Positions 1 to 10,163 of a DNA stretch of 45,693 nt are shown piece after piece. Location: positions 1 through 45,693 of the forward strand of contig JAGLLA010000009.1 of NCBI GenBank assembly GCA_023140775.1, written 5' to 3'. Each line of letters begins with the position of its first letter. Position 1 is the first letter of the stretch. The notes beneath the pieces were generated by a model. The model was not told the origin of the DNA and did not search any database. It saw only the letters and a program-made list of their open reading frames with translations. This DNA comes from Candidatus Parcubacteria bacterium (GTDB taxonomy: Bacteria > Patescibacteriota > Minisyncoccia > JAHIHE01 > JAGLIN01). The position numbers and the translations under genes are program-made.

Positions 1-575
1 AAGAAAAATATAATTTGCCTAAAAAGTTTATTTTATATCTTGGAACGATTGAACCGAGGAAAAACATCACTGGCATAATTAGAGCTTTTGAAAAATTAAA
101 AGTGGGGCACTTCAAAATGTCATCAACGGTTAAGGATTGCAAGCTTGTAATTGCAGGTTCAAAAGGGTGGCTATGTCAAGATGTTTTTAACCTCGCTATG
201 AATTCTGTTGTGGCGGATGATATTTTTTTTACTGGATTTGTTGATGATGAAGATAAAGCAATTTTGTACAAATTAGCTGAAATTTTTGTTTATCCATCTT
301 TTTATGAAGGTTTTGGATTTCCACCGCTTGAAGCAATGCAAAACAAAACTCCTGTGATCACTTCAAATGTATCTTCTCTTCCTGAGGCGGTGGGCGGGGC
401 AGCGATTATGGTTGATCCGTACAACATCAATGAGCTTGAAAGAGCGATAGAAAATCTTCTTAGTGATGAGAATTTAAAAAATAATATAACCCAAAAAGGA
501 ATTGAGCAGACAAAAAAATTCTCTTGGAGCAGGTGTGCAGAAGAGACTTTAGCTATTTTAAAGTCAGAAAAATAA
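1..575 (+). CDS. Glycosyltransferase family 4 (GT-B), C-terminal part; 5' end outside window
   Basis: LGTIEPRKN, YPSFYEGFGFPPLEAM (E-x7-E motif), FSWSRCAEET; frame is open to the window start. Confidence 0.93.
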   Translation, partial: EKYNLPKKFILYLGTIEPRKNITGIIRAFEKLKVGHFKMSSTVKDCKLVIAGSKGWLCQDVFNLAMNSVVADDIFFTGFVDDEDKAILYKLAEIFVYPSFYEGFGFPPLEAMQNKTPVITSNVSSLPEAVGGAAIMVDPYNINELERAIENLLSDENLKNNITQKGIEQTKKFSWSRCAEETLAILKSEK

Positions 576-626
576 GTTAAATTTTTAGATTATGATTATA
601 TGAATTTCAAATAAAAAAATCTGAAA

Positions 627-827
627 TTAATCAGATGTTATTGTGTTCTCATACTCTGAGCCAAGTGTCCAATAAAAAAGACTCCATATTCCTACACACA
701 TTAAAAATAATCCAACTATTGTGGTAAACTCATTATTTTCAAATAAAGAGACTACACTTAGTGCCAAAATCATACTGATTGAGGCTATTGCTGGTTTTAC
801 TATTTTGATGATTTGATTGATTTTCAA
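627..827 (-). CDS. Small two-TM hypothetical membrane protein (66 aa)
   Basis: Strong SD AAGGAGG 8 nt before the TTG start; two hydrophobic segments. Confidence 0.7.
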   Translation of the reverse strand: MKINQIIKIVKPAIASISMILALSVVSLFENNEFTTIVGLFLMCVGIWSLFYWTLGSEYENTITSD

Positions 828-931
828 GGATTATTCCTCCTTAATATAGTTTATTTTCATAGATAAACTATATTACAAATTTTTCAACAATGCAGGTAAA
901 CGAGACAAGAAACATAACTTAAGAAAAATCT

Positions 932-2065
932 ATGACTAATAAATCAAAAAAAATTGGGATTGATGCGCGGATGTATGGATATGCGCAAACTGGAATTGGA
1001 AACTATATTAGACATCTTTTGGAATATCTTTTCAGGGTTGATAAGAAAAATGAATATGTTATATTTTTGATGCCCGAGGAATATGATGATTTTGTCTTGC
1101 CAAATGAAAGAGTTCGAAAAGTGAAAGTTTCAGCAAAATGGTACGGATGGAAAGAACAATTTTTGTTTCCATTTCAATTGTACAAAGAAAAACTTGATTT
1201 AATGCATTTCACTCATTTTAATTCTCCGATATTGTATTTCAAAAAATCAATTGTCACAATTCACGATGTGACACCTTTTTTCTTTCCTGGGCACAAAATG
1301 AAGTCTTTGATCAGAAGGATTGGCTTTCGAGCAGTATTCTTTTCTTCTGTTAAAAAAGCAACAAGAGTTATCGCAGTGTCAAAGAACACAAAGAATGACA
1401 TTGTAAAATATTTCAAAATCAACGAAACAAAAATCGAAGTAGTTTACGAAGGAGCTGATGAGCAGTTTCGAGTAATTAATGATGATGAGAAAATTAAAAA
1501 ATTTCAAGAAAAATATCACATCACCAAGCCTTATATTTTTTATACGGGAGTTTGGCGAAATCACAAAAATCTCGTGGGGCTGATCAGGGCTTTTGAGATT
1601 TTGAAAAATAAACATAAATTGAATTATCAACTTGTGCTCGGTGGCAAGGAAGACCCTTATTATCCTGAAGTGCGAGAAACTTGGGAGGATTTGAGACTTG
1701 GTGACGATATTATCAGACCTGGATTTATTGACCAAGAAGATATTCCATTGTTTTATAACTTTGCAAAAGCATTTGTCATTCCTTCTTTTTATGAGGGATT
1801 TGGACTGATTGGGCTGGAGGCAATGGCTTGTGGAACGCCAGTAGCTTCTTCTAATACAACGAGTTTGCCAGAAGTTTTGGGAGAAGCGGCGGTATATTTT
1901 GATCCAAAAAATTCGGAAGAAATGGCAGAAAAAATAAGACTGGTTCTAACTAATGAAAAGTTGTATAATGAACTTAGAGAAAAAGGTTTCAAACAACTTA
2001 AAAAATATAATTGGGAGAAAATGGTAATTGAGACCATGGAGATTTATGAAAGTATCTTGAAATAA
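932..2065 (+). CDS. Glycosyltransferase family 4
   Basis: IGIDAR..TGIGNY, VTIHDV, HKNL, PSFYEGFGLIGLEAMACGTPV. Confidence 0.95.
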   Translation: MTNKSKKIGIDARMYGYAQTGIGNYIRHLLEYLFRVDKKNEYVIFLMPEEYDDFVLPNERVRKVKVSAKWYGWKEQFLFPFQLYKEKLDLMHFTHFNSPILYFKKSIVTIHDVTPFFFPGHKMKSLIRRIGFRAVFFSSVKKATRVIAVSKNTKNDIVKYFKINETKIEVVYEGADEQFRVINDDEKIKKFQEKYHITKPYIFYTGVWRNHKNLVGLIRAFEILKNKHKLNYQLVLGGKEDPYYPEVRETWEDLRLGDDIIRPGFIDQEDIPLFYNFAKAFVIPSFYEGFGLIGLEAMACGTPVASSNTTSLPEVLGEAAVYFDPKNSEEMAEKIRLVLTNEKLYNELREKGFKQLKKYNWEKMVIETMEIYESILK

Positions 2066-2069
2066 AAAT

Positions 2070-2093
2070 AGAACAATGAATCTTCATTGTTCT
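2070..2093. terminator. Hairpin between convergent genes, probable terminator
   Basis: Perfect inverted repeat AGAACAATGAA-tc-TTCATTGTTCT. Confidence 0.55.
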
Positions 2094-2117
2094 GTGACTA
2101 GATAAAAATAAATCACT

Positions 2118-2315
2118 TTAATTTAAATGATTCTCTAAGGATTTACTTATATCGTCTCTTGACTCGTTTGTTGCTGGAAAGCCCTCGCTTGTTTCTGTGA
2201 TGCATTTTTCCTTACTGGTACTTCGCAGTTTTTTGGCGAGTGCAATGACAATGCGATCAATTGCTATTCCGAGCAAAAAAATAATTAAGTATAATATTAA
2301 CATTTCTTCATTCAT
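2118..2315 (-). CDS. Small single-TM hypothetical protein (65 aa)
   Basis: N-terminal hydrophobic helix followed by KKLR; start overlaps the stop of the upstream ORF (ATGAATGA). Confidence 0.65.
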   Translation of the reverse strand: MNEEMLILYLIIFLLGIAIDRIVIALAKKLRSTSKEKCITETSEGFPATNESRDDISKSLENHLN

Positions 2316-2502
2316 CCCATTTCTTCCCTTTTTTGTGTTTATCGGGATCTGGACTAACTAACGGAACAAGGTCACTTGAGATGCTATATCCTCTTTCTGC
2401 ATCATTCTTCAGATTATTAATCTGTAATTGCTGACTGATTATTGCTATTAAAAATATAATCAATACTAGTACAGCAAGACCTACACAATACAATTCGTTC
2501 AC
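2308..2502 (-). CDS. Small single-TM hypothetical protein (64 aa)
   Basis: SD GGAGGT before the GTG start; N-terminal TM; coupled to the next ORF. Confidence 0.65.
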   Translation of the reverse strand: MNELYCVGLAVLVLIIFLIAIISQQLQINNLKNDAERGYSISSDLVPLVSPDPDKHKKGKKWDE

Positions 2503-2588
2503 TTATTATACCTCCATCAATTTAATATTTCCTAGGTTGATTAAATGTTAGTTCATATATAATTAAAAGTCAATTAAATTTTCAAGTA

Positions 2589-4895
2589 ATGGACATCATT
2601 CCAAATAAAAAATCAAATCTTCTGTTTCAGAGAGGTGACATGGCAAATAAAGGCGTTATTGACTTGCGTCAGTTTTCTGACGAGAAAAAAAGAAAAAATA
2701 TATTAGTAGAAAATAATAACAACACAGTTTATGAAATTATTCGAAAAGAAAGTATTACAGAGTCAAAAAAGATTGCCCAAAAAGCAGATATAAAGCAAGA
2801 TGGAGCTATTGAGAATTATGCTTTACGTGAAAAAAAATATAAAAAGAGTTATGTCTCAAATGTTGATGTAAAAAAAACAGAAAGTGGAATAAAGCCAAAA
2901 TTTCGTTTTTCTCTTATATTGAGTAGATCTTTTGCATCGTTCATGTTTGCATCTGTATTTGTCTCTTCTCTTGTATTTTCTCTTTCGTTCCTTCAAAGTC
3001 AATTTGAAGAAAAGGGTCGAATTATGGGGGTGGGTGTAGAGGCTTTTGATCACTTGAAACAAGCAGGACAGTCTGTTGTTAAGCATGATTTTAGCGAAAG
3101 TTTTGGTGAATTTCAAGATGCCAAACTTACCTTTTCTGAAGCAAAAAGACTAACCGATGAATTCGGATTTGGCTTGGCGGGAATGCTCAACGCTTTGCCA
3201 ATAGATACGCCACTTTCTACTGCCAGAAATCTTTCAGGAGCGGGAGAAAACATCGCATTTGCGGGAGAAAATATTGTAAAACTTTTTGATGAGATCTCGA
3301 GGCTTGATCCAGGAAATTTTTCTTCTTCATCAATTTCAGGATTTGGAACTTTGATAGATAAAATTGCGATCAGTCTAAGGCAAGCTGGAAATGACATAAA
3401 TTCGATAAATATAGATTATATACCAGCTGAAATGAGAAATAAAATAGAGCTAGCTCAAAAAGAGTTGCCTATACTGGCTGACAATCTGGAAAATTTATCT
3501 GAAGATTTCGAGACTCTAACTGAGATAATCGGAAACAAAAGGCCTCAGAAATATTTGTTATTATTTCAAAATAATAGCGAAATGAGAGCGACTGGAGGGT
3601 TTATTGGAAGTTATGGAATTTTGGATATGGAAAATGGAAAAGTAGAAAATATATTTATTGATGGTATATTCAATCCGGATGGACAGCTGAAAGAGAAGAT
3701 CGTCCCACCGATGCCAATTCAGAAAATTAGCGCGAACTGGAGCATGCACGACGCAAATTGGTTTGCTGATTTCCCAACTAGCGCTCAAAAGGTTGCTTCT
3801 TTCTATGAGAAAACTGGAGGACCTACAGTTGACGGAGTGATCTCTTTTACGCCAACTGTAATCGAAAAAATATTAAAGATCACAGGTCCAGTTCGTATGG
3901 ATGAATATGACATAATCATAAATGCCGAAAATTTCCTTTCGCTCTCCCAAATGCAAGTTGAAGAATTGTATGACAGGCAGGAGAATAGACCGAAGAAATT
4001 TCTAGCAGATTTGATGCCAGTGATATTTGAAAAAATGATAAACAGTGAAGAAATGAACAAGAAGGAAAAAATTCAAAGATATCTTGATTTTATCAATGTA
4101 GTTGAAGAAAGCTTGAAAGAAAAACACATTATGTTCTATCACAGAGATTCTGAGATTGAAAATATGATCATCAAGAGAGGTTGGGGTGGTCAGATGTTGA
4201 ATTCTAGCGGAAACTATTTGAGTGTCGTAAATAGCAATATAAATGGATATAAAACAGATGCTGTCGTTGAAGAAACGATCGATCATCTGACTGAAATTTT
4301 TGAAGATGGTTCAATTGTTAACACTGTCAAAGTCACCAGAGTGCACAAGGGCGGACAAAGTGAGTATGATTGGTATAATCGGGTTAATTCTGATTATTTG
4401 AGAGTGTATGTGCCACTTGGAAGCATTTTGCTGGAAGCTAGCGGTCATACAGCGCAAGAATATGAGCCTCCAATGAATTATGATAATTTTCGTATCGATG
4501 AAGATGTAAAAAATGTTGAAGACACGATCAAGATTGATCCTGATTCGGGAACTCAGATTTTTACAGAATCCGGGAAGACTGTTTTTGGAAATTGGGTTTA
4601 TGTGAGTCCGGGTGAAAAGGTTGAAGTGATCTATAAATATAAATTGCCCTATCAGATTGATTTTGATTCTTTTACAAAACCAGCCGATAGATATAGTTTA
4701 CTAATTCAGAAACAGTCTGGTAGTCGAGGAAGTAATTTTTCTGGTACAATTAAAGTTCCAGATAGATGGAAAATTCTTTGGGAGTCTGCTGATTTGATAA
4801 CTCAAGATCAAAAAGAAAGCTATTTTGAGAGCAAATTAACGACAGATAGGTTCTATGGAGTTGTTTTTTCAAGGGGGCTCTGGGGGGATGAATAG
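2589..4895 (+). CDS. DUF4012 domain-containing membrane-anchored protein
   Basis: One TM near aa 110-135; YLLLFQNNSEMRATGGFIGSYG, DANWFADFPTSA and YLRVYVPLGS motifs typical of DUF4012. Confidence 0.88.
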   Translation: MDIIPNKKSNLLFQRGDMANKGVIDLRQFSDEKKRKNILVENNNNTVYEIIRKESITESKKIAQKADIKQDGAIENYALREKKYKKSYVSNVDVKKTESGIKPKFRFSLILSRSFASFMFASVFVSSLVFSLSFLQSQFEEKGRIMGVGVEAFDHLKQAGQSVVKHDFSESFGEFQDAKLTFSEAKRLTDEFGFGLAGMLNALPIDTPLSTARNLSGAGENIAFAGENIVKLFDEISRLDPGNFSSSSISGFGTLIDKIAISLRQAGNDINSINIDYIPAEMRNKIELAQKELPILADNLENLSEDFETLTEIIGNKRPQKYLLLFQNNSEMRATGGFIGSYGILDMENGKVENIFIDGIFNPDGQLKEKIVPPMPIQKISANWSMHDANWFADFPTSAQKVASFYEKTGGPTVDGVISFTPTVIEKILKITGPVRMDEYDIIINAENFLSLSQMQVEELYDRQENRPKKFLADLMPVIFEKMINSEEMNKKEKIQRYLDFINVVEESLKEKHIMFYHRDSEIENMIIKRGWGGQMLNSSGNYLSVVNSNINGYKTDAVVEETIDHLTEIFEDGSIVNTVKVTRVHKGGQSEYDWYNRVNSDYLRVYVPLGSILLEASGHTAQEYEPPMNYDNFRIDEDVKNVEDTIKIDPDSGTQIFTESGKTVFGNWVYVSPGEKVEVIYKYKLPYQIDFDSFTKPADRYSLLIQKQSGSRGSNFSGTIKVPDRWKILWESADLITQDQKESYFESKLTTDRFYGVVFSRGLWGDE

Positions 4896-5004
4896 AGATC
4901 GTATTTTCAGAATAAGTTCCTCTGGCGTAGAAAAAGTAGTTTGAAATGACAACTATCGAAAGTGTCCTTTTACGCCCTGATGTAATGAATGATTTTTCAA
5001 GTGA

Positions 5005-5032
5005 TTGACATAGAGGTAAATTGCTATAGAAT
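5005..5032 (+). promoter_or_regulatory. Sigma70-type promoter upstream of iscU/pilin genes
   Basis: TTGACA-N16-TAGAAT. Confidence 0.6.
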
Positions 5033-5071
5033 AAAAGTATAAATGATATAAATTATAATAGCTTTTTATAT

Positions 5072-5437
5072 ATGTATACAAAAAAAGTAATCCAGCATTT
5101 CACAAATCCTCATAACTGTGGTAAAATGAAAGAAGCAGATGCAGTAGGGGAAGCAGGTAATCCAGTTTGTGGAGATTTGATGAAAATTTACATCAAGGTT
5201 GATGATAATATCATCAAAGACATCTCGTTTGAAACTTTGGGTTGCGCGGCGGCGATTGCCACTTCTTCAATGGTGACTGATCTTGCTAAGGGAAGATCAT
5301 TGGACGAGGCAATGCAAATTACGAACAGTGAAGTGGCAGAAAACCTCAAAGGTCTTCCACCTGTCAAAATGCACTGCTCTAACCTAGCTGCCAGCGCTCT
5401 GCATAAGGCAATCGAGAATTATAAAAATAAAAAATAA
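5072..5437 (+). CDS. iscU: Fe-S cluster scaffold protein IscU/NifU-N
   Basis: HFTNPHN, GNPVCGD, GCAAAIATSS, LPPVKMHCSNLA (three conserved Cys). Confidence 0.95.
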   Translation: MYTKKVIQHFTNPHNCGKMKEADAVGEAGNPVCGDLMKIYIKVDDNIIKDISFETLGCAAAIATSSMVTDLAKGRSLDEAMQITNSEVAENLKGLPPVKMHCSNLAASALHKAIENYKNKK

Positions 5438-5447
5438 GAAAATTGTG

Positions 5448-5903
5448 ATGAAAATGTTAATTAGCAGAAAAATACTTCTTTTTATGATATTTTTTTCTGT
5501 CTTTTTTGTTGGGCAATTTTCTTTTACTGATATAAATGTTATTGGTGTTAAAGTGGCTACTGCTGGTTGTGTCCCTGGACCTAATGATGCTAATAGTGAT
5601 GGAGATGATTGTGATCCGAAAGAAAATTTATTTAATTGTAAACGAGACTGTTTACCTGCTGGAATTCCAACAAAAACTCCGGAGGATGCGCTAGATGCAA
5701 TAATCAAATGGATCTTAGGTTTTGGCTTGGTGCTTTCGGTCATCTTCCTGATTTGGGGTGGTATATATTACATTGGATCTTCTGGAGATTCGCAAAAAAC
5801 AGAGACAGCTAAAAAGATTATCAAATATGCCATATTGGGAATTATCGTGATCGGCGCATCGTTTGCAATTATTTCTGTGATAAGCACAATGCTTGCTCCA
5901 TAA
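5448..5903 (+). CDS. VirB2/TrbC-like (T4SS_pilin type) pilin, with Cys-containing variable region
   Basis: Signal-like N-terminus; WIL..LIWGGIYYIGSSGDSQKTETAKKIIKYAILG two-TM core. Confidence 0.82.
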   Translation: MKMLISRKILLFMIFFSVFFVGQFSFTDINVIGVKVATAGCVPGPNDANSDGDDCDPKENLFNCKRDCLPAGIPTKTPEDALDAIIKWILGFGLVLSVIFLIWGGIYYIGSSGDSQKTETAKKIIKYAILGIIVIGASFAIISVISTMLAP

Positions 5904-5945
5904 TCTGATTTGACCAAACCTTTAAATAGTGAAATAATGATATTA

Positions 5946-6287
5946 ATGAAAAAAAATAATCAAAAAATATTTTATGTATTACTGGCATCTCAATTTTTAG
6001 TCGCTGTTAGTGTTGCGAATGCTCAATATAGAAAGCCTTCAAGTTTTGGTTTGGCAAATGATATGGATAGTATGGCGGAGAAAATGATCGATTGGCTTCT
6101 GGGGTTTGCAACAGTACTTTCAGTTCTTGCTTTGATTTGGGGTGGCGTAAATTATATAGGTTCTTCTGGGGATGCGCAAAAAGCTGATCTCTCCAAAAAA
6201 ATTATTTATTTCGCTCTGATAGGTTTGGTGGTTACTGGTCTGGCTTTTGCGATGGTGAAAGTTCTAGTAGATGTAATTTTGAAATAA
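5946..6287 (+). CDS. VirB2/TrbC-like pilin (start uncertain, 5910-5946)
   Basis: Signal peptide ending ANA; LIWGGVNYIGSSGDAQKADLSKKIIYFALIG. Confidence 0.82.
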   Translation: MKKNNQKIFYVLLASQFLVAVSVANAQYRKPSSFGLANDMDSMAEKMIDWLLGFATVLSVLALIWGGVNYIGSSGDAQKADLSKKIIYFALIGLVVTGLAFAMVKVLVDVILK

Positions 6288-6335
6288 TATTTAATAATCA
6301 AAAAACTAACTTTTATCCAATTGAAATATAATATT

Positions 6336-6692
6336 ATGAAAATGAAAAATAAGACACATCTCATACTCTTGTCTGTTTTGCTTTTTGTAAGTTATGCTAG
6401 TACAGCGCTAGCTAATATAGCATCTGGATGGGCTACTCCAGCGAAGCCAGGCGGAGTCGCGGACGATGTTGATTCTGCATTTATAAATATGACAAATTGG
6501 ATTTTGGGATTTATATCTATATTGGCTGTGCTCTTTGTTATTTGGGGCGGTGTTATGTATTTAACTTCAGCAGGTGATGAAAACAAGGCAGAAAGCGGAA
6601 AAAAAACCATAACATATGCTCTATTGGGTATAGTTATAGCTGGCCTTGCTTATGCAATGATAAAGATTATTGTAGGTACTATATTAATATAA
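6336..6692 (+). CDS. VirB2/TrbC-like pilin
   Basis: Signal peptide ending ALA; VIWGGVMYLTSAGDENKAESGKKTITYALLG. Confidence 0.85.
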   Translation: MKMKNKTHLILLSVLLFVSYASTALANIASGWATPAKPGGVADDVDSAFINMTNWILGFISILAVLFVIWGGVMYLTSAGDENKAESGKKTITYALLGIVIAGLAYAMIKIIVGTILI

Positions 6693-6743
6693 TTAAACTA
6701 TTTTTATAATAAATCAATAAAATTTTGAAAGGAGGTGAAACGA

Positions 6744-7100
6744 ATGAAAAATTTAATAAAAGTTTTTTCAATTTCATATGTTATTGCTTATGCAATGAGT
6801 TATAGTCCAGCTGTAGCTGTAACGATTTCAACGTGGGGTACAACAGAAGCTCCTGCCGGTGTGCCAACTGACATTAGGGGCGCTGTAATGAATCTTACTA
6901 ACTGGATTTTGGGATTTATCTCTATTATTGCAACACTTGTAATTATCTGGGGTGGTGTTCAATATCTTACTGCCGGTGGAAATGATGAGCAGGTTGGCGC
7001 AGCAAAGAAGACTATTTCTTACGGAATCATTGGAATTGTAATTGCAGGTCTTGCTTATGCAATGGTTATTGTTGTTTCAACTGTTATTCTACAAGCATAA
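6744..7100 (+). CDS. VirB2/TrbC-like pilin (possibly the major subunit)
   Basis: Perfect SD AAAGGAGGTGA before ATG 6744; IIWGGVQYLTAGGNDEQVGAAKKTISYGIIG. Confidence 0.85.
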   Translation: MKNLIKVFSISYVIAYAMSYSPAVAVTISTWGTTEAPAGVPTDIRGAVMNLTNWILGFISIIATLVIIWGGVQYLTAGGNDEQVGAAKKTISYGIIGIVIAGLAYAMVIVVSTVILQA

Positions 7101-7126
7101 CAACTTAGCTTAACTAACGATATTTA

Positions 7127-7164
7127 AAAAATAAAAAAGATGGATTTACCATCTTTTTTATTTT
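7127..7164. terminator. Bidirectional intrinsic terminator
   Basis: AAAATAAAAAAGATGG-attta-CCATCTTTTTTATTTT between convergent genes. Confidence 0.8.
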
Positions 7165-7185
7165 GGCAACAAAGAATCAATAATG

Positions 7186-8133
7186 TTATTCTTTGTTATG
7201 TAAATATAGAAAACTAAGACTTCCAAAAAATATGATAAACATCAAATAGATTAAGTGATAATTGAAGGCGATACCAATTGAAAGATTTTTCTCTATTCCA
7301 AATGATGTCAAAAAAGATGAAATACCTAGTTCTAAAATTCCAATTCCGGCGATCCCGTTGATCGGCAGACTTGTTGTGACAATTATTATTAAAGAAATTG
7401 TAAGTACTTCGAGATAAGTTAAGTCAATTGGATATGCATTTAGAATAAATCCGAAAGCAAAGATTAGGGTTGTAAATATTAAAGCAGATAAAACTAGCGT
7501 TTTTCCTATTGTATCTTTGTAAAATTTATAGATTGGTAATAAACTATCAGTATATATAAATATTTTATTAAAAATTTTAGAATCTCTTTTTTTTGATGAG
7601 AAATTTTTTAGTCTGGACAGAATGACATCTCCCTTGAAAAGCAATGTGATTATAAACAGTAATAGAGTAAATATTAGTATATATGAAATGCTTTTTAACT
7701 GGATAATATTGCCAGATAAAAACAAAACAACAAAAAGCAAGAAGAAAAGTATAACAAGCATATCTATCGTTCTCAGATATAAAAGTAATAAAAAACCTTC
7801 TTTTTTGGGAACTTCAGAATATTTTTTTAAGAGGATAGGAAGCGATAGTTCGCCAATTCGAAACGGTAGAATATTTATTACAAGATTATTTGTCAAAACT
7901 GTTGCGAACAAGTCTTTTATGCGGATCCTGCTTCGAAGAAGTAATTTTATTCTCAACGTTCTTATCAATGTTAATAAAAAATAAAAAATAAAACTTATTA
8001 TGACATAGTTATAGTTTATTTTTGTAAATAATAAAAGAATATTCTTGTAATCGGTTTGTCTCAATAAAAAATAACCCAAAGTCAGGGTAATAAGCAGGGA
8101 AATTATTATTTTTTTACTGAAGTGTTTTGTCAT
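7186..8133 (-). CDS. Lysylphosphatidylglycerol-synthase-TM / flippase-like membrane protein (UPF0104)
   Basis: Multi-TM; NILPFRIGE, R.ID and LPINGIAGIGILE motifs; ATG 8133 preferred to the overlapping TTG. Confidence 0.85.
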   Translation of the reverse strand: MTKHFSKKIIISLLITLTLGYFLLRQTDYKNILLLFTKINYNYVIISFIFYFLLTLIRTLRIKLLLRSRIRIKDLFATVLTNNLVINILPFRIGELSLPILLKKYSEVPKKEGFLLLLYLRTIDMLVILFFLLFVVLFLSGNIIQLKSISYILIFTLLLFIITLLFKGDVILSRLKNFSSKKRDSKIFNKIFIYTDSLLPIYKFYKDTIGKTLVLSALIFTTLIFAFGFILNAYPIDLTYLEVLTISLIIIVTTSLPINGIAGIGILELGISSFLTSFGIEKNLSIGIAFNYHLIYLMFIIFFGSLSFLYLHNKE

Positions 8134-8180
8134 TATAGTATATTTTATAAAACATATAATTAAATCGCTTGTATTGAAAT

Positions 8181-8990
8181 TTATTTTTTGCAAATTGCCA
8201 GAAAGTCTAAACTATTATCAATATCATTTTCTGTTAAGTGATAATCTCTTATGCTAAATTTATTTAAAAAATTAATATTTTTTGTTTTTTTATTTTGATT
8301 AATAGTGTATTTTAGTAGTTTTAGGATTAGTGTTTTTAATGATTGGGGAATGAATTTTGCAATATTAAAAAAATCATAAGAAAGTATTCTAGAAATTAAT
8401 TTTACTCTTTCAATTTCTATTTTCTGTACCTCTTGGTTGCCAAAGACGCCCATTATTTTTATATTAGAAAATGTTCTTTGTAATATTTCATTCAATTCGT
8501 TGAAATAATATTCTCTGACATGAAACTCATTAAGAAGTCTTCCTCTTCTTCCTGTTCTAGGTTTTTTATTCGGAGTAGAAATAATAAGTATTCCACCACT
8601 TTTTAAAACCCTATAAATTTCTGAGATAAAATTATAATCATCTCGAACATGTTCTATGACATGAAAAGATACAGCTACATCGAAAGAGTTACTATTATGT
8701 GGAATTTTTGTACCATTAAATTGTTGAAAGACGCAGTTTTCTGAAGCATATTTATCCGAAGCATGTTTGATTGTATTTTGATCAATATCTATCCCAATAA
8801 TTCTTTTTACATTTTTAGACAGTAAGCTTGTTCCGTACCCCTCTCCACATCCAATTTCTATGACAAGATTGTCAGCAGTTAATTTTTCTATCGCAGATTG
8901 ATATTCAAAAGAATGACGCAAAAAAATAAGATATTCTTCTTTCGTTCTGAATTCCCTAGGGATTATTCTCTCTCTTGTTTTTGTCATCAT
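8181..8990 (-). CDS. Class I SAM-dependent methyltransferase
   Basis: IEIGCGEGYG, IGIDID, FHVIEHV, LKSGGILIISTPN. Confidence 0.92.
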   Translation of the reverse strand: MMTKTRERIIPREFRTKEEYLIFLRHSFEYQSAIEKLTADNLVIEIGCGEGYGTSLLSKNVKRIIGIDIDQNTIKHASDKYASENCVFQQFNGTKIPHNSNSFDVAVSFHVIEHVRDDYNFISEIYRVLKSGGILIISTPNKKPRTGRRGRLLNEFHVREYYFNELNEILQRTFSNIKIMGVFGNQEVQKIEIERVKLISRILSYDFFNIAKFIPQSLKTLILKLLKYTINQNKKTKNINFLNKFSIRDYHLTENDIDNSLDFLAICKK

Positions 8991-8993
8991 AAT

Positions 8994-10085
8994 TTATTTA
9001 TTTGCTAATTTCGTAAATTCATTTAAGTATTTTTCAGAAACTGTATTCCAACTATAATTCATAATTATAAATTCTCTTGTTTTTTTGATTGCATTATTCT
9101 CCTTTTTACTATTTAATAAATCATTAATAATCCTTGTATATTCATTTTTATCGTAAGGGGTTATTAAAAATCCTTTCTTATAATCCCTAAGTGCATCCTT
9201 GATTCCTTCTAGATTTGAAGCGACAACAGATAAACCGCAGGAAGCTGCCTCTAGTGTCACGAGCCCAAATCCTTCAGCATTGCCCTTGACCGGAATATTG
9301 GGCATTATAAAAATATTAGATGAATTGTAAATGAATTTTAATGTCGTAGTATCTATTTTTCCAAGGAGCTTGACGTGTTTATTAAGTTTTTTTTCTGCTA
9401 TAATCTTAGCAATTTTTTCATTCATCACTCCTTCTCCGATTACAAGATAAACAAAGTCTTTTCTTTTTTTCAGAATTTCAGGAATAACATTCTCGACAAA
9501 CCATTGAACTCCTTTTCTTTTAACTAATCTCCCTACTGAAATTATTATTTTCTTTTCCTCCAATGGAATTTTCAATGTTTTTTCTAATTCAAGTAGAATA
9601 TTCTTTTTATTCATATTTTCTATATAAAATTCATCTGAAATTCCATTTGTAATTATGGTTATTTTTTCAATGGGTACTTTTCTTTTTATGCACTCGTTCT
9701 TTGTATAATTGCTTATGCAGATTATTTTATCAAGTTTCGCAATGCTTTTAAGAACAAAATATTGATAAATTTTATTTGAATACACAATATCTAAAGCATG
9801 AGCTGTCATTATAACAGGTTTTTTGCTAAAAATCTTTAATATAAATCCTAGGGGAGCGATTGAACCGTCTGCAATATAAATAATATTAATTTTTTTGGTA
9901 AAAAGAATCAAAAATGATTTTAGGAGAAAAAACGGCACTACGATAAATAGCCACTTATTGGAACCGCCCCACTTAATAAGTTCTACCTCTTCTTTTCTCT
10001 CTAGTTGTCTATAAAGCTCGTAGGCAACTTTTTCCATTCCTCCTATTGAGGGAGGAAATTTTCTGGAAATATACAAAATTTTCAT
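8994..10085 (-). CDS. Glycosyltransferase family 4
   Basis: FPPSIGGME, VGRLVKRKG, EGFGLVTLEAASCG. Confidence 0.94.
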   Translation of the reverse strand: MKILYISRKFPPSIGGMEKVAYELYRQLERKEEVELIKWGGSNKWLFIVVPFFLLKSFLILFTKKINIIYIADGSIAPLGFILKIFSKKPVIMTAHALDIVYSNKIYQYFVLKSIAKLDKIICISNYTKNECIKRKVPIEKITIITNGISDEFYIENMNKKNILLELEKTLKIPLEEKKIIISVGRLVKRKGVQWFVENVIPEILKKRKDFVYLVIGEGVMNEKIAKIIAEKKLNKHVKLLGKIDTTTLKFIYNSSNIFIMPNIPVKGNAEGFGLVTLEAASCGLSVVASNLEGIKDALRDYKKGFLITPYDKNEYTRIINDLLNSKKENNAIKKTREFIIMNYSWNTVSEKYLNEFTKLANK

Positions 10086-10163
10086 ATGTATTTAGTGTGA
10101 TAAATATAAATTATAATCAAAGAATCTTCCACATAAAGATGCCTCACAGTTAAAGTTATTCTG

